This document shows positions 46,208 through 56,383 of a DNA stretch of 64,000 bases, piece after piece; the stretch's first letter is position 1; each line of letters opens with the position of its first letter. This DNA comes from Bacteroidales bacterium UBA3844. Its GTDB lineage: Bacteria; Bacteroidota; Bacteroidia; Bacteroidales; Paludibacteraceae. A model generated the notes under the pieces. It searched no databases. It was not told the DNA's origin and saw only the letters and a list, made by a program, of their open reading frames with translations. The stretch covers positions 10,631 to 74,630 of the forward strand of contig DGHQ01000006.1 in assembly GCA_002392915.1 (NCBI GenBank). Direction: 5' to 3'. A program made the position numbers and the translations under genes.

Positions 46208-47341
46208 TTACGCTTTTTTATTTAGCAAATAAGCATATTGCTCTTTCAATGTCTCAACCTCTTTCTGGATTGTAAACAACGTAACAACTCTACTTCTTGC
46301 GTTCTCCGACAACTGTTTGCGCAACTCGTCATTCTGAAGCAATCTGTCTACCGCAGCTGCGTATGCCACAACATCTCTGTTGGGAACCTCAAGACCGGTC
46401 TCTCCATTCGGGCAAACCCAGTTCACACCACTGCCCTCAATTGTGTATGTCACCGCTGGCGTGCCACAATACATTGCCTCAGCAAGTGTTAGGCCGAATC
46501 CTTCTGCCTTAGTGTACGACGGGAATGCAAAGACATCCGCCGCATGATAATAGCAACGCAAGTCGGAATCATTCATTCTGCCCAAGAAATGGATTCTGTC
46601 TGAGAATTTAGCCAACTGCATCATCTCGTCTGTTGTCGGTCCATCACCTCCTACATAGATCACGCAATCCGATTTGATCAACTTCTCCGCTTCAATCAAA
46701 TCCTCCAAACCTTTATGACGAACGTGTCTTCCAGCATGGAACACAATTTTTTTGCCATTAGCTGCCTGCTTGATTTTTTCCACTTTTTCCTGCTCGCCTG
46801 GCTGAAGATCATACTTAGTGATGTCGATAGCGCTTGCAAGCACCACCGTCTTATCCTGGAAATCTTTCAATACAGGAGACGATTTCTTATAGTTTTCAGA
46901 AGTCGTGGCAATCATATCAGCTCTCTCAAGCATCTTTCTCTCAATGCCTTTGATAAACTGATACATCACTTTCTGTGCAGTGACATCAAGATGATAATGG
47001 ACATAGAGCTTTACATCATCCGGAATAAGTCTCAACATCAAAGCCATCACAAACGGATTCGGATGATGGAAATGAATAATATCAGGTTTCCACTCTACGA
47101 TATACTTCTTGAGTAATTTATAATATGAAAAGGATAAACTCTGACGAAGCAACATCAAAAAAACTCCGGCTTTGCTTACCTTTACCCCATTATGTTCTTC
47201 TTCTTTATCCTCCTTATCTTCGCTGAATGCCACTACATGCACATCATATTCGTCTTTTATTCCTTCCGACAAATATTGGCAAGTGGCCTGCGTTCCTCCT
47301 ACCAAAGGATAATAGTAATTAGATATTTGCAGAACTTTCAT
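46208..47341 (-). CDS. glycosyltransferase family 4 (GT-B, 'group 1')
   Basis: 377 aa with N-terminus MKVLQISNYYYPLVGGTQ and C-terminal EGFGLTLAEAMYCGTPAV, the EX7E region of GT4. Confidence 0.8.
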   Translation of the reverse strand: MKVLQISNYYYPLVGGTQATCQYLSEGIKDEYDVHVVAFSEDKEDKEEEHNGVKVSKAGVFLMLLRQSLSFSYYKLLKKYIVEWKPDIIHFHHPNPFVMALMLRLIPDDVKLYVHYHLDVTAQKVMYQFIKGIERKMLERADMIATTSENYKKSSPVLKDFQDKTVVLASAIDITKYDLQPGEQEKVEKIKQAANGKKIVFHAGRHVRHKGLEDLIEAEKLIKSDCVIYVGGDGPTTDEMMQLAKFSDRIHFLGRMNDSDLRCYYHAADVFAFPSYTKAEGFGLTLAEAMYCGTPAVTYTIEGSGVNWVCPNGETGLEVPNRDVVAYAAAVDRLLQNDELRKQLSENARSRVVTLFTIQKEVETLKEQYAYLLNKKA

Positions 47342-47454
47342 TATCTTTAACTAATGTTGGCTGTTCGTTTCAACAAGTTGCCTCCAACAAATTTTTGAGC
47401 AAATGTAGGTATATTTTTTTTCTACACAAAGAATATACCTACTAAATAGTCTGT

Positions 47455-48399
47455 TTATTCTATAATTTTTAGATTGTCCACCCATAGTTTATCACCTACA
47501 GCACCACAAAAAGCTCCTCCATACCCACTTGAGAAACGTATAATAATATGTGTGGGCATCTCATCAGGATCTGCATATTCCTTCTCTGAAATCTGCATTT
47601 TCTCTCCTTTGCTGTTGATTCCCCAATATGGATATTTGGGATAATCCACACCCATATAGTCCTGATAATTTGGCTCATTTGTAATGTCGCCATACTGAAG
47701 TGGAAGTTCAAAACCGTTTTGCCAATTGATCACACTCTCCTTGATCCTCATATAGGCTGTGGCTACTCTCTTGGCATGAAGTTTGCCACTCGCGTCTTCC
47801 CAACGTCTTTGAAGGACTACAGAGACCTCCGCTTCATTTTTTCCTTCAAGATCCATAGACTTCGAGACCGACTTATATTGTCTTTTTCCGCCCACCTTAG
47901 CCTTATAGTCGAACTTTATGGCTCTTGGTTTGGCTGTATAAGGCACTCCCTGCATCATATATTGCATAGGATTGTCGGAACTCTCAATCGGCTCAAGTAG
48001 AAAGCCCGTGAAGACGCTGCCTGATGCCATACACGTAAGGTTTACCATACCGAGCACTTTCACCTCCTCCAACTTGCTTTCTATCCTCAAGCAATAGCCA
48101 TTGCCTCGTTTTTCAGGGTAGACGGTGGTGCTCGCCTTATCCACACTTGCCGCATGGATCAGGCTACTGGATGTTTCCCATGGAGAGTCGGTTCTCTTTC
48201 GTGGACCTGTTTCATTAATAGTGTCTGGTTTTCCGATTTCGTAGATTTGCCTGACATTTCCACCAATCAGAAAACTTTCTTTGATATTTCTCACCTGCCA
48301 ACTGTCGAAATCAGAATACTTCAGCTGAGTGACTTTCAGCTGAGCCATCCCGACAAGTGCAGGAGCTAATAATAGTGTCGAAAAAATTCGTTTAACCAT
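47455..48399 (-). CDS. PCMD (putative carbohydrate-metabolism domain)-like secreted protein
   Basis: 314 aa with a signal peptide. Segments FDSWQV..., PWETSSS, ASGSVFTGF and GVPYTAKPRAIKFDYKA resemble the Bacteroidales PCMD family. Confidence 0.5.
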   Translation of the reverse strand: MVKRIFSTLLLAPALVGMAQLKVTQLKYSDFDSWQVRNIKESFLIGGNVRQIYEIGKPDTINETGPRKRTDSPWETSSSLIHAASVDKASTTVYPEKRGNGYCLRIESKLEEVKVLGMVNLTCMASGSVFTGFLLEPIESSDNPMQYMMQGVPYTAKPRAIKFDYKAKVGGKRQYKSVSKSMDLEGKNEAEVSVVLQRRWEDASGKLHAKRVATAYMRIKESVINWQNGFELPLQYGDITNEPNYQDYMGVDYPKYPYWGINSKGEKMQISEKEYADPDEMPTHIIIRFSSGYGGAFCGAVGDKLWVDNLKIIE

Positions 48400-48564
48400 A
48401 AATTCTTTAACGATACGTTCGCTAAATTATACATTTTATCCAATTCTTCACATTTTTTGTCCATTTTTTCTATTATTACATGCTATTTTACTATAATTTT
48501 CTGATTGATAATATATAATACAATATAAAATCATTCAAATGCAGTTGATATAAATTCACAAAAA

Positions 48565-48601
48565 ATCCGCAAAACATAAAATAAATTATTGTTTTGCGGA
48601 T
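48565..48601 (-). terminator. rho-independent terminator after the giant surface-protein gene
   Basis: ATCCGCAAAACA-13 nt-TGTTTTGCGGAT, followed on the minus strand by a T-run. Confidence 0.55.
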
Positions 48602-48658
48602 CAAATGTTTTATTAAAAGTCGACTACAAATTCAGTTTTTTTCTTTTATTCATAATAT

Positions 48659-48920
48659 CTATCTTCTCATCAATGTGAAATGTCCTTCATACAGCTTATC
48701 AATCTCAGGAACATCAAGTATATACCAGTAGTCTGTAGACGGTAATTTTCTGCCATTATACTCACCACTCCATCCATCTGTGTTTCCTTTTTCCTTAAAA
48801 AGTAGTTTTCCAAATCTGTCGTAAATATACAACACTGAATTTGGATAATTTTCTATATTCTCGACTACCCAGTTTTCATCACCTTGGTAGAAATAAATTG
48901 GAAATTCTGGCTCAATAAAT
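48659..48920 (-). other. T9SS type-B sorting (CHU_C-like) C-terminal domain
   Basis: ...NWVVENIENYPNSVLYIYDRFGKLLFKEKGNTDGWSGEYNGRKLPSTDYWYILDVP...GHFTLMRR. Confidence 0.65.
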
Positions 48921-51900
48921 GGGACTCTGAACTGATAAGACGACGAGCATCCTAGACTATCAGAGACTTCAACATCATAAAATTTTCCGACGACTGCATT
49001 TTCAAGCAAGTTAGATATTGTCTTTCCATCTCCATTATGATAATCAAAATAAAGTGTCTCATTAGTGTTCTCCACATTCATCTGATAAGTATGATTTCCA
49101 ATTTCCTCATGAGATGAGATACGCGGAATCGGGGCTACTGTTACAGTAGCATTCACCTCTTCTTGGCAATTGTGACTATACGCCACAACATTATAAGTGA
49201 TTGTCGACTCAGGAGTTAAATCGACAAACGATCCAACTTTATTCACAGAACTGTCGCCTTCAATTTTCCATTCGATTCTATCGTAAGCTCTTTCTGTGAC
49301 TGCCTCCAAATGTGCAGCGTCTCCCTCACATATTGAAGCATCTTCCACACTCAAACCTACTGGCTGGACCACTTCTATCTCTTGTTCACTTCCTTTTTCT
49401 TCACAACCTAATTTTGAAATGGCCGACACTCGATATGTTGTATTGTCAGAAGGAGACACGACGATTTCGGAAACTCCTTCGTCTACTTTACTAAACTGTG
49501 ATTCATTCTCTCCTTTGCTTGCCCATATAATACCTTCTGTGTATGGATAATTCGTTGCCAACGTCACATTTTCATCTTTACATATACGTGATTCTGACGT
49601 TGTAAGCTCAACATTTTTCACATGCTCTACATCGACTACGAATTTCTCTGAAAATGTAGGACAAACAAGTGGTTTAGCCCAAAACTCATAAGTAGTGGTC
49701 TCTGTAGGCACATCTTCAGCAGTCAACTCATTTTTTGCAAAATTCTCATTTTCATTTTTCTTCCATCCATAAGATGTACAATTCTCAGTAATAGAAGCGT
49801 TCAGCAAAACGGTTGTTCCTTCACAAACTTCTGTAGGAACATTTTCCAACAAAACTGACACCGGTTCTTCAACAAACAATGACACTTCATTAGAGACTGC
49901 ACTTTGACAAGCCAATTCATCAGAAGATTCAACTATAAATGTAGCGGATTTAGTAGCTGTTATGTTTACCACATCTCCAGACTCTGCCATTTCAGAGAAT
50001 TGTGATTCTCCATCATTCTTTTGTTTCCAAACCAACTTAGGAGCGTTAGTGGCATTCACTGACAAAACGACTGAACTATTTTCACACACTTCTGTATCAC
50101 TGATACTCAACGAAAGTTCAGTTTTCTTCTCCACTTTTACACTCACCTCCTTCTCAATAGCAGGGCATTTATCTCCTGTGATTGTAAACTTATATGTCGC
50201 ATCCTCTGTTGGAATATCCGAAGTAGACAAATCAGCATTACTAATCAATTCATTGCCTCGCTCCCATTTGAATGAGTTTGCCGACGTGAGTTTGGCATCA
50301 GCTATCAAATCCACTTTCTCTCCTTCACAGATGATTGCTGGCAGTGGTTGAAGTGTCACTTCCGCTATCTTCTCCACTTTTACGCTCACCTCTTTTTCAA
50401 TTGCTGGACATTTATCCCCATATACTGTGAATTTATATGTGTCATCCTCAGCTGGAATTACAGAAATCTTTAGATCAACATCACCTAGGAGCTGACCATT
50501 CCCATCCTCCCACTTAAATGTGTTGGCAGACGTGAGTTTGGCATCAGCTATCAAATCTATCTCTTCACCTACACAAACTACCGATGGTTGTGGTTGCTGC
50601 AACGTCACCTCTGCTTTCTTCTCCACTTTTACGCTTATCTCTTTTTCAATTGCAGGGCATTTATCTCCTGTGATCGTGAATTTATATGTTGCATCCTCTG
50701 TTGGAATATCCGAAATTGACAAATCAGCATCACTAATCAAGTCGTTGCCATTCTCCCATTTAAATCTGTTTGTAGACGTGAGTTTGGCATCAGCTATCAA
50801 ATCCACTTTCTCTCCTTCACAGATTACCGCTGGCAGTGGTTGCAGCGTCACATCAGCCATTTTCTCCACTTTTACGCTCACCTCTTTCTCAATTGCAGGA
50901 CATTTTCCTCCGGTAATTGTGAATTTATAAGTGGCATCCTCTGTTGGAATATCTGTCGTCTTCAAACCAATATCAGTAAGCAAATCATTGCCCTTCTCCC
51001 ACTTAAATGTGTTTGCTGACGTAAGTTTGGCATCGGCAACCAAATCCACATCAGTTCCTTCACAGATAATTGCAGGCAATGGTTCAAGCGTCACATCAGC
51101 TTTTTTCTCCACTTTCACGCTTAACTCTTTTTCAATTGTAGGGCATTTATCTCCTATGATTGTGAATTTATATGTAGCGTCCTCAGTTGGAATATCCGAA
51201 GTAGACAAATCAGCATCACTAATCAAGTCGTTGCCCTTCTCCCATTTGAATGCGTTAGTCGACGTGAGTTTGACATCAGCTATCAAATCCACTTTCTCTC
51301 CTTCACAGATGATTGCTGGCAGTGGTTGCAGCGTCACATCAGCCATACTTTCAACTTCTACAATCATTTTGTCTTCTATATTTGGACATGCATCTCCCAA
51401 AATCGTAAATTTATATGTGACATTTTCTTCTGGAATATCAGTTGTGACCAAATCAACATCACTTAGCAGATTGCCATTTTTCTCCCATCTGAATGAGTTA
51501 GTCGACGTGAGTTTGGCATCGGCAACCAAATCTACTTTTTCACCTTTACAAACAACTGCTGGCAGTGGTTGCAGCGTCATTTCCGCTTTCTTCTCCACAT
51601 CTACACCTAAAATATATTCTATTGTAGGACATAGATTTCCCTCAACAATAAACTTATAAATCGTATTTTCATGGGGAATATCAGACGTGATCAAATCAGT
51701 ATTATTGAAAAGCACACCATCTTTCTCCCATTTGAAATTGTTGAAAGGCGAAAACTTGGCATCAGCTATCAAATCCACTTTCTCTCCTTCACAGATTACC
51801 GCTGGCAAAGGTTGCAGCGTCACATCAGCTTCCTTCTCAACAATAAAATTAGCATAGACTTCATTCGATGTACAGACACCATCAGTAGCATAGAATACTA

Positions 51901-53860
51901 CAGTTTTATATTCGGTAATATTAGGAACAAGATGCTGTAGTTCTGTTGTTGGTACTCCATCCCAAAAAAATGTTATAGGAGAAAGGGGTCTCGTCTTAAC
52001 ATCTGGAGTAAATGTGACATCAGTGCCTTCACAAATATCGATATCACCAATCGGATCAAACCTAAATATAGGTATCATCGTCAATTCAAATATAATTGAA
52101 TCTGATACACACTCACCATTTTTAGCCAAAAACAGATAAGAAGTTGTATTCTTCGGATTAGGAAGGCTAATACTCTCTCCATTTTCTCCTGCAATTAATG
52201 TCCAAGTGTTTTCTCCTGTTGCCTTACTATACCATTCAATATCAATTGATTTTGTCTGGTTAGTTTGACGGACTTTCCATTCTACAAGATCATCACTATC
52301 CTCACAAATTAATTTATTCTGGTCCGATAAAACTTCAAATTCCGGTTTCTTACATGACTCCAAACATTCAATTGAAACTGTATTTGTAACAAAATAATCT
52401 TTGTCACAATTGTCAGGGGTTCCATTTTTTGCCACTTGAGCTAATGTGTTTTCATTTGCCGCCAAAATCACGCGGAAATAAGTCAAGCCATCAAAATCAT
52501 CAGTAAACAGGAAATCACTACCTGTAAACGGAAGATCTGTCCATGTAGTTTCATCGTATGAATACTGCCACAAAAAATAAAACTTAGAGTAATTAACATC
52601 CCATTCATCAGCCATCAAACTGACAAAATGGTCTATATTCTCACAGTCGTATTGAGGTTGATTTGTTATTGTTATATCATTATCTATTCCAAGATATGCG
52701 ACGGGAGGGTTCTTAATTTCCATTTGCGAAATAATATTGGAAATTGAAAAATAGTCACATTCGTCATTAGGAGTTTCATATTTTGCGATATATTCGGCTT
52801 TCGACTCTGCTTCTGAGTCGTCCGAACCACCGGTGATAATAAGTCTGTATACTTCTTTTCCAGTCGTTGGCAAATCTCTCTGAAGCATAAATTTTTCTAT
52901 TCCACTTTTATCTGGAATATCTGTCCAAGTATAACCATCATTAGTAGAATACTGCCAAAGACAATAGATACTATGATATATTTTTCTCCATGCTTTTAAC
53001 ACATCATCGTTGCTTAAAGCATAAACAGGCACACACAACTGGTTCGTCAACTCATTATTTATCTCAATTGTCGGCGGAATGATTTCTTCGTCATCATAAC
53101 GCTGCAAAGTGATATCGTCTAGAGCAAAATCGTTACCATTACCACTTGAACAATGATTTTGAATGACGATTTTCAACACATCTCCTGACTTCGCTTCAAA
53201 TTCCAAAGAAGCTTCCGACCAATCACGTTCTTTATGAGTATAAAGTCCTAGTGAATTTTTTTCATCACCTGGCCAAGCAACCACATCACTGCCAGAAAGA
53301 TTTACACTTTCCAACAATTCTGGATTAGCGGCATCCTTCACATTGTATACCTGAAGAGTAAGATTGGGACTCAGCGAAGCATCAGACACATTAGCCACAA
53401 ACATACTCAGCATATATTTATGATTACCACAAGGTTTCAGTTTAAGTTCATTTTCATAAATGCTTTCTCCCTTACCTTTACTTCCAACATTCACCACCAA
53501 CATGCCGCCATTCGTATTTCCTGTATGGTCACGTCCAGGCACAAAATGATAAGCCTTACTTGAATTAACACTTTTTTTATGAATGAAAGACCAAGCGGTA
53601 CTATTGGTAATACCATAATAGCCATCACCCATTAGCTCTACATCTGCGACTTTATGTCCCGGCACGCTCATATTCGGATCAGCAAAATCTCGGCAAACAG
53701 AATCCTCTACCACTCCGAAATCTTCCTGCCATACAACATTCCAACTACCGCCATATACGACAGTCGGTAATATCAAGAAGAATACGAATAATATGATTTT
53801 GAAGAACCTGTTCAAGAAAGTTCTCAATATGATCGCACTATAATAGGACATAAATTTCAT
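48659..53860 (-). CDS. giant T9SS-secreted surface/adhesin-like protein with tandem Ig-like repeats
   Basis: 1733 aa with an N-terminal signal/anchor. At least 11 units of ~81-90 aa each contain one conserved C..C pair. The C-terminus matches the T9SS type-B (gliding-motility-associated C-terminal) sorting domain. Confidence 0.8.
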   Translation of the reverse strand: MKFMSYYSAIILRTFLNRFFKIILFVFFLILPTVVYGGSWNVVWQEDFGVVEDSVCRDFADPNMSVPGHKVADVELMGDGYYGITNSTAWSFIHKKSVNSSKAYHFVPGRDHTGNTNGGMLVVNVGSKGKGESIYENELKLKPCGNHKYMLSMFVANVSDASLSPNLTLQVYNVKDAANPELLESVNLSGSDVVAWPGDEKNSLGLYTHKERDWSEASLEFEAKSGDVLKIVIQNHCSSGNGNDFALDDITLQRYDDEEIIPPTIEINNELTNQLCVPVYALSNDDVLKAWRKIYHSIYCLWQYSTNDGYTWTDIPDKSGIEKFMLQRDLPTTGKEVYRLIITGGSDDSEAESKAEYIAKYETPNDECDYFSISNIISQMEIKNPPVAYLGIDNDITITNQPQYDCENIDHFVSLMADEWDVNYSKFYFLWQYSYDETTWTDLPFTGSDFLFTDDFDGLTYFRVILAANENTLAQVAKNGTPDNCDKDYFVTNTVSIECLESCKKPEFEVLSDQNKLICEDSDDLVEWKVRQTNQTKSIDIEWYSKATGENTWTLIAGENGESISLPNPKNTTSYLFLAKNGECVSDSIIFELTMIPIFRFDPIGDIDICEGTDVTFTPDVKTRPLSPITFFWDGVPTTELQHLVPNITEYKTVVFYATDGVCTSNEVYANFIVEKEADVTLQPLPAVICEGEKVDLIADAKFSPFNNFKWEKDGVLFNNTDLITSDIPHENTIYKFIVEGNLCPTIEYILGVDVEKKAEMTLQPLPAVVCKGEKVDLVADAKLTSTNSFRWEKNGNLLSDVDLVTTDIPEENVTYKFTILGDACPNIEDKMIVEVESMADVTLQPLPAIICEGEKVDLIADVKLTSTNAFKWEKGNDLISDADLSTSDIPTEDATYKFTIIGDKCPTIEKELSVKVEKKADVTLEPLPAIICEGTDVDLVADAKLTSANTFKWEKGNDLLTDIGLKTTDIPTEDATYKFTITGGKCPAIEKEVSVKVEKMADVTLQPLPAVICEGEKVDLIADAKLTSTNRFKWENGNDLISDADLSISDIPTEDATYKFTITGDKCPAIEKEISVKVEKKAEVTLQQPQPSVVCVGEEIDLIADAKLTSANTFKWEDGNGQLLGDVDLKISVIPAEDDTYKFTVYGDKCPAIEKEVSVKVEKIAEVTLQPLPAIICEGEKVDLIADAKLTSANSFKWERGNELISNADLSTSDIPTEDATYKFTITGDKCPAIEKEVSVKVEKKTELSLSISDTEVCENSSVVLSVNATNAPKLVWKQKNDGESQFSEMAESGDVVNITATKSATFIVESSDELACQSAVSNEVSLFVEEPVSVLLENVPTEVCEGTTVLLNASITENCTSYGWKKNENENFAKNELTAEDVPTETTTYEFWAKPLVCPTFSEKFVVDVEHVKNVELTTSESRICKDENVTLATNYPYTEGIIWASKGENESQFSKVDEGVSEIVVSPSDNTTYRVSAISKLGCEEKGSEQEIEVVQPVGLSVEDASICEGDAAHLEAVTERAYDRIEWKIEGDSSVNKVGSFVDLTPESTITYNVVAYSHNCQEEVNATVTVAPIPRISSHEEIGNHTYQMNVENTNETLYFDYHNGDGKTISNLLENAVVGKFYDVEVSDSLGCSSSYQFRVPFIEPEFPIYFYQGDENWVVENIENYPNSVLYIYDRFGKLLFKEKGNTDGWSGEYNGRKLPSTDYWYILDVPEIDKLYEGHFTLMRR
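50135..51841 (-). repeat. seven in-frame tandem repeats of ~243 bp (81 aa; one 83-aa copy)
   Basis: Units have the form VEK.A(D/E)VTLQPLPA(I/V)ICEGEKVDLIADAKLTS(T/A)N.FKWE.GN.L..(A/V)DL.TSDIPTEDATYKFTI.GDKCP(A/T)IEKE(V/I/L)SVK. Boundaries were derived by back-translation at 51841 and 50135. Confidence 0.9.
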
Positions 53861-54093
53861 CTCTTGTTAATTTTAAGTAGTATTTGGTTGTCAGATGAAT
53901 AAGTCATCTTTTATTCTTTAATATAATAATCAAACAATGAAGGACACCACAAACTTCTAATATATATCACTGACAATCAATGCAAAGATATTAATATTTT
54001 TATATTTTAACAAATAATAAGGTTCGTTAACATTTCAAAACGACAAAAACATAATATTTTTGCGAGGTAAACAAAAAATAATGAATTCAGCTT

Positions 54094-54933
54094 ATGAAAA
54101 AAATATTAATAGCAGTTGTCGCTGCACTTTCTATATCTTCATGCAGCAGAGCAAACAGAAATACAGAACCTGCTGCAAGTGCAGAAATAGCACAAGAATA
54201 CCTTTCAGAAGAAATAGTTGAAGCCTCTTCCGCAAATTCAACTCCAGTTCCTTCCGCAGACACCCGTAAACTGATTGCTAAAGGTAATGTAGAGATAAAA
54301 GTTAAGCCAGAAAATGTAGATTCTATTTACGACAATATCAATGCTTTAATCAAAAAGCACAATGGATATAAGAGTTCTGAAAAACAGAATGAATTTCGTT
54401 ATTCTGTCTCAGCATCTATTCCGTCAGCCTCTTTTGAAGATTTCACTGATGCCTTAAACAAGGTTGGAGGAAAAATGTCTGACAAATCTATTAATGTCCA
54501 AGATGTCACAGACGCTTATACCGATTTAATATCTGAAATCAAAAGCAAAGAAGCCGCTCTTGAACAATATCGAGTTTTACTAAAACGTGCCAACAAAATT
54601 TCAGAAATAATTGAAATCCAAACAAAAATCGACTACATTCAAAATGACATAGACATTATGAATGGTCGACGCATCAATATAGACCGTAAGGTGGCTTACA
54701 GTGTAGTAGACATAGACCTTATCATTGTTAAAAAGGAGATGGCAAAGGACGACGACGATGACACTCCTTCATTTGGCTCCGAATTAGTTGATTCCTTATC
54801 TGACGGCTGGGCTATAATCAAATTTTTAGTTGTGTTCTTGCTACGTTTGTGGCCATTCTTTATTGTTGGAGGGGCAGGATATTTCTTCTATAAAAAAAGA
54901 AAAAAAGACTCTAAAACTTCATCAAAAAATTAA
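54094..54933 (+). CDS. DUF4349-like lipoprotein with C-terminal membrane anchor
   Basis: 279 aa with lipobox ALSISSC. The central ..VQDVTDAYTDLISEIKSKEAALEQYRVLLKRA..IEIQTKIDYIQNDID.. and the C-terminal TM match the DUF4349 layout. Confidence 0.6.
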   Translation: MKKILIAVVAALSISSCSRANRNTEPAASAEIAQEYLSEEIVEASSANSTPVPSADTRKLIAKGNVEIKVKPENVDSIYDNINALIKKHNGYKSSEKQNEFRYSVSASIPSASFEDFTDALNKVGGKMSDKSINVQDVTDAYTDLISEIKSKEAALEQYRVLLKRANKISEIIEIQTKIDYIQNDIDIMNGRRINIDRKVAYSVVDIDLIIVKKEMAKDDDDDTPSFGSELVDSLSDGWAIIKFLVVFLLRLWPFFIVGGAGYFFYKKRKKDSKTSSKN

Positions 54934-55029
54934 TTCTGTTTGACACCAAAATTTTTGTAATGTTTCTTGTGTAAACAAAAAAGAAAAGATTATTTTTGTA
55001 CTAGAAACAAGAATTTAATTTCATAGAAG

Positions 55030-55305
55030 ATGATAAGACTAAATGTATTTATTCAGGTTGAGGAGAAGAACCAGTCTGAGTTGTTAGGTATGGTAAAGGA
55101 GTTGGTTGAACTTTCTCAGGCTGAGAACGGATGTATCGCGTATGACGTATTTGAGAGTTCTACTCGTTTTGACGTTATGATGATTTGCGAGACTTGGAAA
55201 GACAATGAGACTTTGATTGCTCATACTCAAAGCGAGCACTACAAAAGAATCATGCCTAAGATTCACACTTTGGGTCAGTTCAAAACAGAGAAGTTTGAGT
55301 TTTAA
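55030..55305 (+). CDS. antibiotic-biosynthesis-monooxygenase (ABM) domain protein / putative quinol monooxygenase
   Basis: 91 aa with a ferredoxin-like pattern (IRLNVFIQV...GCIAYDVFES...ICETWKDNETLIAHTQSEHYK). Confidence 0.65.
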   Translation: MIRLNVFIQVEEKNQSELLGMVKELVELSQAENGCIAYDVFESSTRFDVMMICETWKDNETLIAHTQSEHYKRIMPKIHTLGQFKTEKFEF

Positions 55306-55324
55306 TCAAAATGATTTCCATAAC

Positions 55325-55351
55325 GGCAGGCTCTTTTGCCTGCCTTTTTTT
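55325..55351 (+). terminator. rho-independent terminator of the ABM gene
   Basis: GGCAGGC-tctttt-GCCTGCC followed by T7. Confidence 0.75.
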
Positions 55352-55372
55352 ATTAATTTAAAACACTGAGAT

Positions 55373-55840
55373 TTGCATAACGTTTTCATTGCTTTCGGAT
55401 CCAACATGGGCAACCGTCGTCGTATGATTGAATATGCCCTCATTCTTTGCTCCGACCTTATCGGTAAGGTTGTGGCTCTGTCTGAAATACGTTCGTCCGA
55501 GCCTGTAGGTTACGACTCCGACCATGAATATCTGAATGGAGTGTTCCATCTTGAGACAAGATTGGAGCCGGATGACATTCTTGCCAGATGTATGGCTATC
55601 GAGCGTGAATTGGGAAGAGTAAGGACTCCAGGAGCCGGATACGAGGACCGCCCTATTGATCTTGACATTCTTTTCTATGACGACGCTGTCATCTCCAACG
55701 ATAATCTTACTATTCCCCACCCTCGCATGCACGAGCGTCGCTTCGTTATTGAGCCGATGAATGATTTGGCTCCAGACTTTGTCCACCCGACACTTAAGAA
55801 GTCGATGAAGCAGTTGCTTGATGAGATGAATGCTAATTAG
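55373..55840 (+). CDS. folK: 2-amino-4-hydroxy-6-hydroxymethyldihydropteridine diphosphokinase (HPPK)
   Basis: 155 aa with VFIAFGSNMGN..., ...RPIDLDILFYDD...LTIPHPRMHERRFVIEPM. Confidence 0.85.
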   Translation: MHNVFIAFGSNMGNRRRMIEYALILCSDLIGKVVALSEIRSSEPVGYDSDHEYLNGVFHLETRLEPDDILARCMAIERELGRVRTPGAGYEDRPIDLDILFYDDAVISNDNLTIPHPRMHERRFVIEPMNDLAPDFVHPTLKKSMKQLLDEMNAN

Positions 55841-56324
55841 TTTCAGGTTTCAAGTTTCAGGTTTCATGTGTTTTGTAGAAACGACATTAGGTTATATTGA
55901 GTGGAATGGCCATTATCTGATGCTCTTCCGTAATAAAAAGGAAAACGATCCCAACGAAGGTAAATGGATCGGCATTGGAGGTCATGTGGAAAAAGGAGAA
56001 AATCCTGATGATTGCTTCGTGAGGGAAGTCCGTGAGGAGACGGGAATTATCCTAAACAATTTAATCAGACGTGGCATGATTGATTTCATCTCCGACTCAG
56101 CCGAGAACGAACGTATGCATCTCTATACAGCCACCGTCGACTCTCCCGATTTTTCAGAATGCAATGAGGGCACTCTAAAATGGATTCCTAAAGAAGAAAT
56201 TCTCAATCTTAACTTATGGGAAGGCGACAAATATTTCCTAACCCCATTAATCAATGGAAAGACCGACATCCGTATGCGACTTACGTATGAAGGATGGAAT
56301 TTAATTAAGGCAGAAAGCTTTTGA
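55830..56324 (+). CDS. NUDIX hydrolase (MutT-like)
   Basis: NUDIX box GGHVEKGENPDDCFVREVREETG. The true start is probably the internal Met at ~55866 (MCFVETT...). Confidence 0.75.
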   Translation: MLISFRFQVSGFMCFVETTLGYIEWNGHYLMLFRNKKENDPNEGKWIGIGGHVEKGENPDDCFVREVREETGIILNNLIRRGMIDFISDSAENERMHLYTATVDSPDFSECNEGTLKWIPKEEILNLNLWEGDKYFLTPLINGKTDIRMRLTYEGWNLIKAESF

Positions 56325-56383
56325 CATATTGTATTTCATATCTTTTTCCATATATTTGCCAATAGAATTTAATAATATAAAAA

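Noticed and set aside
49962-51659. Series of plus-strand ORFs (129, 136 and 242 aa) rich in Ser and with internal repeats
   Set aside because: They are antisense reading frames of the tandem repeats in the giant surface-protein gene. Their repetitiveness simply mirrors the sense-strand repeats.
50135-51841. Regular ~243-bp periodic repeats that could superficially suggest a CRISPR-like or satellite array
   Set aside because: The repeats are contiguous with no unique spacers and far longer than CRISPR repeats. They are perfectly in frame within the 1733-aa ORF, encoding Ig-like domains.
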